From Blastocystis sp. Blastoise (lineage: Eukaryota; Protista; Bigyra: Opalinata), in contig JBBPEB010000005.1 of the NCBI GenBank assembly GCA_039096225.1, positions 496,001 to 560,000 on the forward strand: a DNA stretch of 64,000 nt, written 5' to 3'. Shown here one piece after another: positions 1 to 17,100 of this stretch. The position numbers and the translations under genes were made by a program. The stretch's first letter is position 1; each line of letters starts with the position of its first letter. The notes under the pieces were generated by a model. That model was not told where the DNA came from. It saw only the letters and a list, made by a program, of their open reading frames with translations, and ran no database searches.

Positions 1-124
1 TGTATTTCAACTATATCTATCTTTATTAATGGGTATATATATTCTACTTTATATATAGAATTATTTCATTATGTAAATAATACTAATATTCTTCTTTATA
101 TATACTATTATATAAGTATAATAG

Positions 125-165
<41 letters not shown>

Positions 166-477
166 TTAACTCCAGCACGTGATGCCTTAATATTATCATC
201 TTTTCATATATATCTATTTCAAGCATTATATGGATTTATTCTTAATATATATACTCGATATCCAAAACCACGATTATCTATAAATAATAATAAAAAAAAC
301 ATACTCAATTCCACTAATATATATATATTCTCTCTTCTTAGTCTTCTTGTATTCTTTAAATATACAATTCAAAGATATATCCCAATAGTTCCCCTTCTAT
401 CCTATTATATGATTATACTATGTATACTTATATATTATCCAATTACTTGTCTTTGTAATTATCCTGTACGTGAATAA
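1..477 (+). CDS. 3' end of an intron-containing gene, hydrophobic (probable membrane) protein, unidentified
   Basis: After a (TA)n intron ending AG at 164, an open frame reads LTPARDALILSSFHIYLFQALYGFILNIY...YMIILCILIYYPITCLCNYPVRE and stops at TAA 475-477. Truncated by the window start. Confidence 0.45.
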
Positions 478-689
478 CTATATTTTGTTTTATTATTCAT
501 AAAGATAAGTGTATATATTATATATTGATTGTTGTGTATTGTGAATGTGTTTGTTGTTAATCTATTTCCTATGATTTATACATTTATTGGTGTTCAATTA
601 GATCTATTTTTGTTTTTAAATCAAAGCCAAACAAATATAATAAAATACATAACAAATATATTAAATACATATATTCAAAATAAATTTAC

Positions 690-3655
<2,966 letters not shown>

Positions 3656-4129
3656 ATTTGTATTGAATCTTCTATAGTTGATCTATAATAGAATAAAAAA
3701 GTCAATTTTGATTCCCACAAACATAATCAGCTTTTTCTGGTAAATTCTAATTAAAAACCGTGATCCACGAATATATCGCCCTATGAACACAAAAAATACT
3801 CCTTATGTAAAACAATAAATACTTCTTTTATAGTTTATTTCAGGTTATTTCTTGAAAATTATAAGAATGTATGTATAAAATAAGAGAATCATTGGATGAA
3901 CAAATAAATCGTGCATGGTGCAGTTATTTCGATGAACAACCCCTAACAGTAAAAATGACAAAATGGACGACTTTAATCATGTTCTATTTAATTGTACTTT
4001 TTACAGATTTTTGTGGTAATATTTTAAAGTTTATTTTTTAATTATTTTGCTATATCAAAGTATTTTTACTTTTATTTTGTTAGAAATATATATTACTTAT
4101 ATGCTATTAGAAAGAATTGGAATAGAGAC

Positions 4130-4515
4130 ATGAATGGTTTATCAATATATAATATTATTTCTATAATTGTATTAATTGTTGTTATAACATGGTATGATTC
4201 TTCTTGTTTCATCTTATATTACTAGGCATTTCGACTCCATATATATTAATGGTTCAGAGTTCAGAAAGGCCAGTACAATGATCATTTTTTCAGGAAAATT
4301 TTCTTCAAATGCCTATACTCCTGAGTCATGTACAGTGAAAAACACGTCAGAGAGTTCTTATGAAAAATATGATAATGATAATAATAATATTGGCAGCCAA
4401 ATTCTTAAAACAAATAATGGTTCAATTGTTTTGCCAGCAAAAAATTATATACCATTTTCAAATCCATTATGGTATTCAGATACTTTTAAATTACTTTTAT
4501 CTCCTATTTATATAT

Positions 4516-4546
<31 letters not shown>

Positions 4547-6571
4547 GGAAAAGTGTTCTTGATCAACGATTTAGCATTTTAAAAAATAATTATGATATGT
4601 ATATTCATAGTTGATACTATTTTTATTATATTGCTATTATTACCCTATGCCATTTATTCTTTTATATAATACTTATTTATAGAATTAAGCGACCTGAGCA
4701 CATAATGACGCAACAAAAGTAATATTTTAAAGTTATATTATTAAATATATATCTTTCAAAATATTATCATAATATATAGGTATACAACAGCTAATATAAA
4801 ATTGTACAAATTTGGTATCAGAATTCTTGAAATGAATAATATTTGCTATGATCTTCAAACTAAAAAATTTGATATTTTTATAAATCGAGGTGATTCCACG
4901 AAAACAACAAACACTATAAACAGATGTATGTGCATAGCCCATAAATAATGTTCTATTTAAAATATATTTTCTTTTACTAAATTTCAATTGTGATCGTCAT
5001 TTAGTATTTTATCTGATATTTATATAGTTCATGATTTTATAACAACAAATAAGTTATATAAGACAATAGAGAATGAGATAATATATAATAAAACAAAAAA
5101 TATATGGATAATTCATGCAGCTTATGATTATCAAATAGCTCATTTTCAAGAAGCAGCTAATAATATGATTACCATAGCTAATCATCCTGAATTGTTCCCT
5201 AAAGTATATATAAGTAGTTAATTTATAGTATTTTATATTTATTAGTATAATTATTATATTATAATTATATTTATTATTAATGTTATTATTATATATATAA
5301 TAATTTTAATAATAATAATTTTTCTTATTTTGTAAATATAAATATAGGTAGATATGGTTTTATGGCCTACAAGAACTAATAAGGTATATTCTTGGATTCA
5401 AGAATATACGAATCTAATTCATGAATTGTATCCTTCAACTGTACCGTTTTATAGGAATAATGATATATATCGTATTTTTGGAAACCGTTTTTGTTTAGAA
5501 CATGTCGTATATATAAGTTATTTAATTAATATATATATATATTGTTATTTAATTAATATATATATATATATTGTTATTCAATTAATATATATATATATTG
5601 TTATTCAATTAATAAATATATATATATTGTTATTCAATTAATATATATATATATATATATATTGTTATTCAATTAATATATATATAATACTTCTAATTTA
5701 TATAGGATGTTGTACATAGAATTATGAATCCATTATTTGGTAATATTTTTGCAGATCCAATTGAAGCTTATTATGTTCGTGTATTAGCTTATAAATATAT
5801 AGGATATGATATTGCTTCTAAAAAATATACTGTTCCTTATGTAACAATAGTAAATAGAACTCCACGAACCAATCTATATAATCGTCAAATACGTAATATT
5901 GATGAAATTATGAGAGAATTCAATTCTAGTTTTTCTGGTTTAGTATATACTTTATATTTAATTTTCATTATTATAAAAATTATTATTGATATTTAGAGAA
6001 AGAGAAATAATAATTAGTTTTATTTTTGACTTTAGAATTATAAATATAGCTATTTAAGACTTTTTAAAAAATCATATATAATATTTCATCATTCATTTCA
6101 ATTATATATATATATAATATGTTTTATATATAGTTCAATTGTCGAAGTGAGCTTATTATTATGGATTTCTTAAAACTTCAAGAAGTAGTATCAATTATGG
6201 TGAAAACAGATATATTAGTAGGAGCAGTAGGTTCTGGACTAATAAATTCATTATTTATGCTTCCTTTTTCTGTTGTTATTATGTTTTTCCCTACTACTTC
6301 TCAAGATCATTATTTCTATAATCTTTCTTATTGTACAGATATCTATATACTTCCTTCTTATAATGCTTCTTTAAATCATTATCCTTCACCTAAATTCGAT
6401 AATTGTAATAAAACTATTAATAAATATGGAGTAATACTCAATAATTATACTTGTAATCATTTTGCTTATATGGATGATGTTTATATATCACCTAATATAT
6501 TATATCATCTATTATATATAGCAAATTTATATCTTAAACAAAAGAAATATTTTATACAATATGAATTTTAA
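4130..6571 (+). CDS. Glycosyltransferase family 61 (DUF563; EOGT/POMGNT2/xylosyltransferase-like), type II membrane protein, copy 1, multi-exon
   Basis: N-terminal signal anchor MNGLSIYNIISIIVLIVVITW; YDYQIAHFQE; VTIVNRTPRTNLYNRQIRNIDEIM; C-terminal LQEVVSIMVKTDILVGAVGSGLINSLFMLPFSVVIMFFP matches the GT61 'Q..D.l.g.HGAGL.N.lFm' pattern. Confidence 0.72.
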
Positions 6572-6576
6572 AAACA

Positions 6577-6607
<31 letters not shown>

Positions 6608-7420
6608 TTAATATCTATTCTTCTATTTATATTATTATAATATACGTCTAAATTGAATAATTAACAATATATATATATATAAACATATATACTTGTATAA
6701 TAATTTTTTTATCTTATTTAGTACTTTATTATTATATAAGTAAATATATATATATTTCTTCATGTATTCTTTTGTTTCTATTTTTAAGTATTTGTTTATT
6801 TATTATTATAAACTTATTACTATTTTTTTTTTGTAAATAAATATTTTGAATATTTGTTTAAAATTAATGAAAAGATTTAATTCATTTTGTATCTTTAACT
6901 TTGTTGATTCATTATTGATTTATATTTACATCATTTTCTTTTCATCAACGTCAATTTTAAAAATATATATTATATAAATTTCAAAGAAAAACAGTTTTGC
7001 GTATATTACTCATCTATTGAAATTATCATAAAAAACATATATCATTGATAAACATATTTCATGTTTGATTTCTCAAGAATTCCGAAAAAACTCAAATGAA
7101 ATATACTTTCTATAACTATTCTAATAGTTAGAATACTTATTTAAAATAATATGAATAATTTTAATAAAAAATGAAACAAAAATTTAAAAATACATAAAAC
7201 TGAAAAAAATATTCAGTCAAAATACATACATAAAACACAATCTATTCAGCAAAAAATCAGTCTTTGTCTTTAGGTTTTCAAAAAATACAAATACAAAAAA
7301 GAATTCCATGATTCTTTCATTCATTTTGTTTAAATTAATTGCAAAGTAACTTTACAAAACACATATAAGTATTTAAATATAACTGTTTATTTCTGGATAA
7401 TAAAATATAGAATCAAAAAA

Positions 7421-9155
7421 ATGGAAAAAAGCATCAATTCACAACCGTCTATATTATCTTTCTGTTGTAAAGAAAATAATATTATTATCCAGCTATCTTC
7501 TGAGTCCTTACAACTCTATCCAAACTCGTTGTTTTCGAAAGTTTATCATAATCAAAAGTCTGATAGTCGAGGAATCTTTCATATTGATGTATCTGAGTCT
7601 TATTTGATAGAAGCTAGTTATGTGATGAAGAATGAGATTATTCCTTTGATTAATTACGAAGAAGATGAAGAATTTACTGCTTTAATTGATGGATTAAAAG
7701 AATTTTCAGTTCCTATTCCTCCATATATAACAAGAAGAATGATGTCAGATAAAACAAAACATCTTCCCTATTGTGAGATAAAGGAAGATGAAGTTGATCA
7801 ATTGTCTACTTCAAATACTGAAAGTACTGTCGATACAAATGATAATATAGAATTTTCTAGAGAAGATTCTGAATGGAATTTATCTGAATTTGCAAAGAAT
7901 GCTCAAGAGAATTTATGGAAACAGATGGAGCAATTAGAAATGAGTATAAAAGAACAATCACCATTAAATTCTCCAGAATGTAATAGTGAAATATCTTTAG
8001 AAAATGATAATCATGATAATTATGAATCTATTGTATTTCCTTCATCTACTATATTAAATAAAAATATTGAATATGATTTATGTCAAATTCTACATAATAA
8101 TAATAATACTTGGAAAATGTTATTCAGGTAATTATTTATGAGTCATAATTTTATTTATTTGTTTGTTTGTTTTTTTTATTATTATTTTATTTATTTTTAT
8201 TATTTTGTAATTAATATTTTTTGATATTTGTATTTTTTTTTGAATAGTTATATATTTTTTAATAATCATCTGTTCATTCAAATTGATATTATATTATTTA
8301 TTTATTTATTTATTTATTTCTATTTCTATTGCTAATCTATCTATAGAGCCTCAGAGCATAATTTTTCAGCAACTGAATTTCATCAAATATGTGATAATCA
8401 TAGTAATCTATTAGTTTTAGTTAAAAGTATTAATAATAATATTCCTTGTATATTTGGAGGGTATACAAAAGTTGGCTGGAATACTACAAAATTAAATGAA
8501 TTATTTGGTGGTATATATTATATATTATATATTATATATTATATATTATATATTATATATTATATATTATATATTATATATTATATATTATATATTATAT
8601 ATTATATATTATATATTATATATTATATATTATATATTATATATTATATATTATATATTATATATTATATATTATATATTATATATTATATATTATATAT
8701 TATATATTATATATTATATATTATATATTATATATTATATATTATATATTATATATTATATATTATATATTATATATTATATATTATATATTATATATTA
8801 CTATAATATCCTATAACAACTCTATATAGATTATAAAACAATTCAAGATGAAGATGCTTTTGTTTTTACGTTACAAAACCCTCACAATGTCCCTCCTACA
8901 TGTTATCATTATATTGGCCAATTAGATTCTTTAGCTTATGACCCTCATTGGGGACCTATTTTCTCGTCTTGTTTTTGTATATGTGATCAATGTAATCAAT
9001 ATAATAAAAGTAGTATTGATAATGATAGTATGAATATACATACAAATTATGAATGGGATAATATATATAAATCATCTCTTTTTGTTGATACAAATGATAA
9101 AACAAAAGATAATTTCTTTTTTGTTGATGAATATGAAATCTTTGTCAAACAGTAA
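7421..9155 (+). CDS. TLDc-domain protein with a possible degenerate N-terminal BTB/POZ-like region, copy 1 (3 exons)
   Basis: Exon 1 ends WKMLFR; exon 2 reads ASEHNFSATEFHQICDNHSNLLVLVKS..IFGGYTKVGW; exon 3 reads DEDAFVFTLQNPHNVPP..GPIFS..FFVDEYEIFVKQ*. These are TLDc hallmarks. LQLYPNSLFSKV..IFHID resembles the start of a KCTD-type BTB. Confidence 0.85.
8512..8800. repeat. (TATATTA)n heptamer microsatellite in TLDc intron 2
   Basis: Perfect 7-bp repeat, about 41 units here versus about 16 in the duplicate (42178-42290). Confidence 0.95.
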
Positions 9156-9693
9156 TTTTTTTTTAGTATTTTTTTTATATATAAATTCTTTTGTTCTTTA
9201 ATATATCTAATTTAGTATTATAATACTCCTTTTTAAAATTTTTACATCTTTTTTTCTTTTTATTTTATATATAATGTTTACTTATACTTGAATTTCATAT
9301 ATTCTATATATAATTTCATGGCTTTTATCATGATGTAAAAGAATATATATATATATTTCATTTATTCATATTCAATTTTTTTTCAAGCTTTTATATTTCC
9401 TTTTATACCTCTTAGTATAAAAATATAACTAATTTATGCGCTATTATATTGTCATCATTAAATAGATTTGTTTTTTTTTAATAAATTTCATCAAATATAA
9501 CTCTTTATATGTCATCTATCTCATATTAGTTTTTTACTATAGAACAAACAACTAAAAGTGACCATGATTATACTACTACTTTTATTTACATAGTCTTAAC
9601 AATAAAATCTAATATAATATGAGTAACTTTATTAATAATTTGAATCAGACTATTATAAGGGAAAAAAAATTGTTAATAAGAAACACATAAAAG

Positions 9694-11134
9694 TAGAGAT
9701 GGGCAAAAGTAGCTACAAGTTTTGTGGCTACTTGTAGCTACTTTGTAGCTGAAAATAGCTACCCAAAGTAGCTACAAATTTTCATGATTTTTTCACGGGA
9801 GAAAAAAGTGGTTTTTTTGTGTATGATAGATATTATCTCATGAATATGTTGAAGTTATAATATAAAGAGGAAAGCATTTTATATGCCATAGGTAGCCTAT
9901 TTGAAGTGAAAGAATCCAAAAAAATAAGTTAGTCTTAACGATATTCAGAATTACAATTGGTAAATCAGAACAACGTTGAATATTGATGATTTAATTGATG
10001 ATATAAATGTAAATGTTGTAGATAACCACAGTAGTATATATTAAATCCTAAAAAAGTATTTATAATAAATTGTTATTCTTTAATTACATGTCATTATAGT
10101 GAGATACCACCAAAAACATATCACAAAATGCTTAGATAACTACATTGAAACTATTAAGCCACTTTATATCATAAAATAATAAAACTTTCTATAATAAAAA
10201 TATAATATTTCGTTATCGCATAGAATTTAATTATTTTTCTTGTTAAACGTGGTATTTAAAGCAAGTAGATTATTTTTAGTATATCATTTTAAATATTAAC
10301 ATGGTAATGTCACAGTTTTGAAATCATAAAACAATTTTCCTGGTTGTGAGTACAATTACATGTAGATTATATAGAATAATATATTAACAAATTATTCAAA
10401 TTATCTTTTGTGAACAAATAAATAAATGAATATACACAAAAACATTACTTTTAAGCAATAAGAACGATTAGAACGATGATCATAATGGAAATGAATATTT
10501 ATTTAAAAAATAGCATCTTACTTTCAAGTAATAGAAATTAAAAGACAATTTTTTAAATATACAAGACAAATTAAGATATTCTTTATACGAGAAATCACTA
10601 AATAAAATTACTACAAATGTATTCATTTCAATTATCTTACAATATACAAATATTATTCTGTTCTGTGACCTATGACTGCCTTATTTTGAGTTACATCTGT
10701 TCTCTAAATGGAAAAGTGTTCCATTTATGTGTCATTTGATGAGATTATATTTGTAGTTTATTATCTCTTTCCACATTAAAAGTCATTTGTGATTAATAAC
10801 GGTAGAATATGGTAGAGAATAAGTAAAAAATAGGAAGTTATTCAAATTAGCCATGCTTATAATCCTTTATTATATCTCTAACATTGGTAAGCACGAGTCT
10901 AATATAATAGTCATGATGTTTTAATTTATAATAGAATACTACTAAAGTAAATGTTGACCAATTATTATATCCAATTATCAAAATTTTATACTGGAAGTGT
11001 GAGAAATAATATAATGAATGTAAAAATATATTAAAACTATTTAAGAAATATGTCCTGGCTATTTAGAACAAGAATAAAAATTTTGCAAATACTTTTTTAG
11101 AAAAAAGAAACTCCATGTACCTTGCCCATCTCTA
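9694..11134. mobile_element. Non-autonomous hAT-superfamily DNA transposon (1441 bp), copy 1
   Basis: 13-bp perfect TIR TAGAGATGGGCAA / TTGCCCATCTCTA; 8-bp TSD CATAAAAG at 9686-9693 and 11135-11142; clustered GTAGCTAC subterminal palindromes at 9708-9776; no intact ORF. Confidence 0.9.
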
Positions 11135-11155
11135 CATAAAAGATTTAAAAAAAAA

Positions 11156-11863
11156 GAGAGAAAAATTCCAGACAATAGTTTGACTATTTTTCAACTCCAG
11201 ACAACAAAACTATAGGGAATCTAAATTATCGCGGAAATAATGACATTTTGGCAGAACATTTAAATTGAGTCTAAAGAAAAATCAAATATAGACAGGTTAT
11301 TTGTTATATATTTAAATACAGGCTATATAAGTGTTCTATTCAGATATAATGATTAAAAAATACGAATCAATGTTTAAAGAACAAAATTTTTCTAATATTT
11401 ATTCAACATTAGACCCCATTATTGTAGTATATGTCTTTAATATATGTTATTTAATTAATAAACACGTATAGGCATCTGATCATAGTGATAGACGAACAAA
11501 TCCGTTAACTTCAACAACAGCCAGTGGATTGCAGTATGCAGATGGAAAGCTAAGAACAAAGGTAGATGATTCCAACAATTGTAATGGGTTCTACAGAGTG
11601 ACTGATACTCCTAAATATATATTGTATAAAAATTTAATATTCGCTCAAATGAATGGCATTCCCAATGTGATAGACTCTTTGGATGAAGTTGAGATTTTTA
11701 TTCGTAAGTATAGTCATGATATGGGCTACTCATTAAGAGTAATCAGAAGTTCAAGTATGAACATTATTTATGGATGCCCAATTAAGATGTGCAACTTCGT
11801 TTGTGAATATAGATATGAAAAAGGTTCGTTTAATTTAGTCAAATATCACATACATGATACAAA
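11156..11863 (+). mobile_element. 5' part of a Mutator-like element: putative left end plus transposase exons 1-2 (ATG 11349; exons 11349-11426 and 11472-11863)
   Basis: LDEVEIFIRKYSHDMGYSLRVIRSS...CPIKMCNF...KYHIH has a C-x4-C-x18-H-x-H MuDR/FAR1 (WRKY-GCM1-type) DNA-binding pattern. A G-starting end with a repeated TCCAGACAA motif lies at 11156-11210. No DDE core was found downstream. Confidence 0.7.
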
Positions 11864-14800
11864 CGTATATATATCTATTTATTAGTATTAATTTATATTT
11901 TTTCTTCTTTATATATAATTAATATCCTTAATTTAGTTCTGCAAAAGTACGGTGTCTCACACACTTTCACCTTTATTGACTTTGTTATTAACTTTTATAA
12001 AATAAAAATAACATCATAAAATCCAGAACACAATTCTGAAAATGACTGTTAAAGAAATTTTTCAAAAACTCTAAATTTCTGGCTAAAAAACGGAAAAAAC
12101 CATTTTCGCACAAAATTTTAACCAAATCTATTGGATTATTTTTATTTTATCCAATATTTTTCATTTTTATAAAAACACTTATTTTTCGTTTTTCATTTTT
12201 TATTGTTTTCTTATTTTTCCTATATCACTTCACATACTCTATATTTATTTTTATAAAATTGACTTTTATTGACGGGTTAGTCTTATAAATAGTTTTGACG
12301 GGTGAATTTGTTTATATTTACAACTTGACAACATATCAATACACACATCACTAACTATAAACTCTAAAATGGTTTCAGTTGTTATGATACTGACCTCAAC
12401 TACTCTGAAACCACAATAATTCCTTTAAATAACAACAAAAGTCAAACTGATATCCGACACATTCCTTCTTTATAAACTTATTTGAGCTTTAATGTATTTA
12501 TTTAACTCTGTATCCGTCATAAATATGTTTTATATTTTAATAATATGTTTTAATAAGAAAATATTTGATAATAGAAATTTTGATGTTTTGATAGTATAGT
12601 TTGTTATTCGTCTTTCTCCTTGAGTTTTGGGTATTTTTTAAAAATAAAAGTATAATTATAATTAAGATAAGCTATTGCAGATACATATTTTTTATTTTAT
12701 CTAAATATTTAATATTGACTGAGAAACATTCATTTATATGAAAAACATAAAAATGAAAATTTTCAAAAAAGGGTATAGTTTGTTATTGTGATTTCTCAAT
12801 CAATTCTTAATAAAATAAAAAAGTTAGAACATATTTAGAAACTAGACATGTCATAGCAGATACATATTTTTCATTTTTTTAATTAATTGAAAACTCAGGT
12901 GACAAGAGTCAATAGTTGAACTCAATAAAAAATGACTTTCAAAAAATTTTCTTAAAAAGTTTTCATTTGTTTTTTGTTTATATTTTCATCATTAACAATT
13001 TTATTTGACATTTGACTTTATATTTAAAAACTACATACCAAAATAAACATATTTTACAATTTTATTTTGTTTTTAAAAGACTTTGACAACAGATCACCAG
13101 ACAATGTTAACTCAATAAACTCTTAAAACGTTTTAATACGTGTTCAGAACCACTCATAGACACTGTACGTGACTTATTTGAAAAAGTTAAGACAACATGT
13201 TGAACTGATACTGACAATGTTTGTCTTAAAAAGTTAGTTATGAGTCTTTATGAGTTGTATATGTCATAAATAAGCTTAAAATAAATAAATTTGTTTTTAA
13301 TTGTCTTTAATTAGTGAAATAAGTCGTTTAAAAAGTAGAAAGCATTTTGGATACTATAGTTTATTTTGACAATTTCTCCATCAATATTAATTTTTAAAAA
13401 ATAAATAAAACTTATTTATAAACTAGACAAACTATAGTTTATAAATTTATAAAAATATTATCAAAATATAAAATAACTTTTGAGATAAAAAATTATATAT
13501 GCAAAACATAAAAAAATTAATTTTTGAAAAAAGGGTATACTTTATAACATTAATTTCTCAGTCAATATTTAATTATTTTATATAATTTTAACAAATAAAT
13601 ATAGAGAATAACACATATTAATAATATAAATTTTAATATTTGAAATTAATAAAAAAATGAGTTCAGTAGAGTCAATAGTATAACATGTTAAAAAACTGAA
13701 AATTGAAAAATCATTTTTCTAAAAATTTTCTGAAAGTTGACAAATCAAATTCATATTTGACAAATAATTTTTATATATTTGTAAACTAGACCTTATATGT
13801 ATTGCATTTCTCAAAAAATTAGTCAAAAATAAGTTAGACGAGTGTATGAGTATATGCACATGTTGACTCATAATTTTGAAAAAAGTAGTTAAATATGTCC
13901 TAAACCACATATCAAAGCAATTCTATAAATATTATCACTTTATAATGAGTTTAAAGGGTAAAATAATTTTGAATTGTCTGTTTGACTGTCTTAAGTGAAG
14001 AGATTCAATACACTTTTTATAAAAATGAGTATTAGAGTGTTTAATGTTTATAATAATAAAAGAATTGTTTGAAATAAAGGTGGTTGTGTGTTTGACCAAA
14101 ATGTTAAAATGAGTCTATTTTTCTAAAATGGTTACAATAAGTATATATTGAGTGTTTTTAGAGTGTTTCATATTAAAATCTACAATAAATAAACATTTTA
14201 AGTTGTTCAAAAAATTATTTTTTTAGAATTACAATAGTTAAGTTAAGAGATTCAAGCTAATTTTTATAAAAATAATAAATAGACCTATTATAGAATATAA
14301 AATATTAAAAATTAGTTTAATTAAATGTGGTTGACTGTTTGATAGGAATGTTAAAATGGGTAAAAAGATTTCAATTGTTTCTAAAACCGTATAATATGTT
14401 TATTCTTTACTAAATACAAAATTATTATAGTTTAAAGAATGTTTTTTGTCTTTCAAAAGAACTCATTTTTTGTAATTGTGACTTTAAACAAAAGAGATTC
14501 AAGTTATTTTTTATAAATAAATATAACAAATTAAATATATGCGTATATGAATATAAAATTCGTTTTAATAAAAGTGAATGTGTGTATTTCAAAATGTTAA
14601 AGTCTTTTAGAGTTTTTTAAAAATAACTTATTTGTTGTATAAACTATATTTTATGTACAATAGGTAAAGTTTCCAGAGTATTTAAATCTATTTAGTTATG
14701 AAATGGAATGTAATTTTTGGTTTATATTTTTGTTTTTAGTTTTTAGTTATGAAATGATTTTGATAACACTATAAAAATTGAATTAAACTTGAATTAATTA

Positions 14801-15879
14801 ATTTTAAATAATGAAAAGATAATTTCTCTAAAAATAATCTCTTTTACTTAAAACGAATAAATTCTATTAATGATAAATATTAAAATAAGACTCTAATTTT
14901 TTGTTTATTATATAAAGTAATAAATATCTTTTAATTATTAAGAGTACTTTTGTATTAATAATTCAAACTGAAATAGGTATAATAAAAGAAAAATTATAAT
15001 ATTTATCAAATAATATCAAGATATGATTACTATTTATATAATTAAACATTTATTAATAGGGAAAAGCTGTATAATAGAATTTCTAAAAAAATTATATAAT
15101 AGTATATATAAAAGGAAAGGATAAAATATAAAAAAACAAATAGATATCAAAATCATAATATTTTAAAAGTAAAACAAAACAATATATGAACAAAATAAAA
15201 AAGAATAAATAGTGTTTTTTTAGACAAGAGAATAAGCTATTTCTCACAATAACAATTATCATTACTATATATATGAGAATAGGCAAAAAAATTCCCATTG
15301 GTCAGTTTTTGGAAAATGCATTTGATTGGCTACTATATACTATAGTTTGTGGACACAACTCCTCTAAACTTACGGGGAGTTAATGTTTGGTTGAAACACA
15401 GTTCAATAGGATATAACATGTAGTTGTGCACCATATATTTGGTTAAGCGATATTGTTTATAATTAAAAAGTTATTAATAAAAGAACAGAAAACATGATTT
15501 TTGAGTCGTTTTTGATTGGCTCTTTGGGATCATCCCGATAAAAATTGTTGACCAGACAATTGAAAAATAAACATGGGGTAAACTTGATTTTTTATCAATC
15601 CCACAATATACGTTATCCGTGTTTATTCTCTATATTTATCTATTTTTTAATACTTTTTCATATTGAACACGTGAGGCCTTAACGGTCAAATTTAGATTGT
15701 CAATTTGACATCATATTCTGATTCAGGAGGTCGAAAAACCTAGGTGTACCAATTTTTAGCTCCTGAGGACGATTTTTGAGTGATCGATATTTTCATCGAT
15801 CTTCTTATAATCGACTAATATTACAGTATTGTAATTAATAGGTCCTCAAACTACTATAGTTAAAACAAAGTCTTAAAAT

Positions 15880-17100
15880 AACGAGTTTAAAAGTGACAAT
15901 TTTGAAAAATGTGAATTAAGTGGTCTTAGAGGATAAGATTCAATATAATGACTTTTGTTTAGTAAACTAGAGATAATACTCTATTCTATGTTAAAAGGAG
16001 AGTCAAAATTATGAAGGTCAAAGTGTATGACCAAATGACAAAATGTGTCTTAAAAAGTAAAAGGGTTTCTATATGTGTATAGAATCATATATTAAGTATA
16101 TTCTATGAATAAGAGCTTTAAATAAATAGTTTAAGGTTGTCAAATTCAAAAGAATGTGTAAAACATAGTCTTAAACTATGAATAAAAAATTTATAGATTT
16201 TAATTAGTGTACAGCTGTAGTAGCTCTACAACATATCAAAAGTACAAAGAAAATAATTTTTAGAGAGTGGATGTGTGAAGGGTTGTGAGAGTCTTTTTAA
16301 AAATATTTTTACTTCAGTTTGAGCAAAATCGTGTTTTTGGAACACTGTAGAAAAATTAACTTCAAAAATCAACTCTAAGGGTCTTAATTTTTAAAAATGT
16401 GAAAATGTTTGACTTAGAGGACGAGATTCAAAATTCCATCTCACTTTCATATAACTAGACCACACACTCTATATTATATCAAAAGGAGGGACGAAAATAT
16501 TTTGGTCAAAGTAAATGAGCAAATGCAAAAGGTTTATAAAATGTTTTAAAGTGATGACCAATGTGTAGCTATGGTCTTATTAAGTATAGTGTGTAAATAT
16601 TAGCTTATAAAAATGATTTCAAGTGTGTAAACTTTTCATAATGTGTCAAAAAGGGTCTTTAAGAAAGAGATTCAAAACATTTACTTTTATTTAATAAATT
16701 GTATAATAAACTCTATACTATATCAAAAGACTGAAAGAAATTATTTTGATATAGTGGATCTTGAATGGGTAAAGTCTCTTTAAAAGTTATATTTTTGAGT
16801 TATTTGTGTTTAAAATCATTAGTTGAAATTAATATAAAAATATTAACTTTTTAAATAATGTTTTAGTTGTCAAAGTGAAAATGAATGTTGACTTTGTTAT
16901 ACTTAAAACTTCAAAATTCTTTTAAAAATTATTAAAATGAGTTAAAATTATTTTATTATGCTTATTTAAATGAATTTTATGAATTAAAAATACTTCAAAG
17001 TACTTCACATTGTTACTCATTTCTGAAGTTATTGACTTTAAAACTCAAAAAAAGCTTTAAACAGTTGTATAATTATTAATAATGTCAAAATTGATTTAGA
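15880..17100 (+). repeat. Degenerate ~244-bp tandem repeat array in Helitron A
   Basis: A gtcttag..gagattcaa-type anchor recurs at about 15921, 16165, 16409 and 16652 (period 244). Confidence 0.8.

Noticed and set aside
545-560. TGTTTGTT as a Blastocystis-type polyadenylation motif implying taxon identity
   Set aside because: A single good match in very AT-rich DNA, not consistently placed after the other genes; insufficient for taxonomic assignment.
8496-8816. Low-complexity ORFs (also 1745, 1914, 18176, 22174-22886, 26913-27873, 28942, 35785, 38905, 51584, 51591, 57722, 59768-60348)
   Set aside because: Translations of microsatellites or AT/CT-rich tracts in introns and transposons.
10650-10800. 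Remnant hAT dimerisation domain (YSVL*PMTALF*VTSVL*MEKCS)
   Set aside because: Too decayed to support by eye; needs a translated HMM search.
15880-17100. CRISPR-like repeat-spacer array
   Set aside because: Units are homologous along their whole length with no invariant repeat and unique spacer pattern; eukaryotic context and no cas genes.
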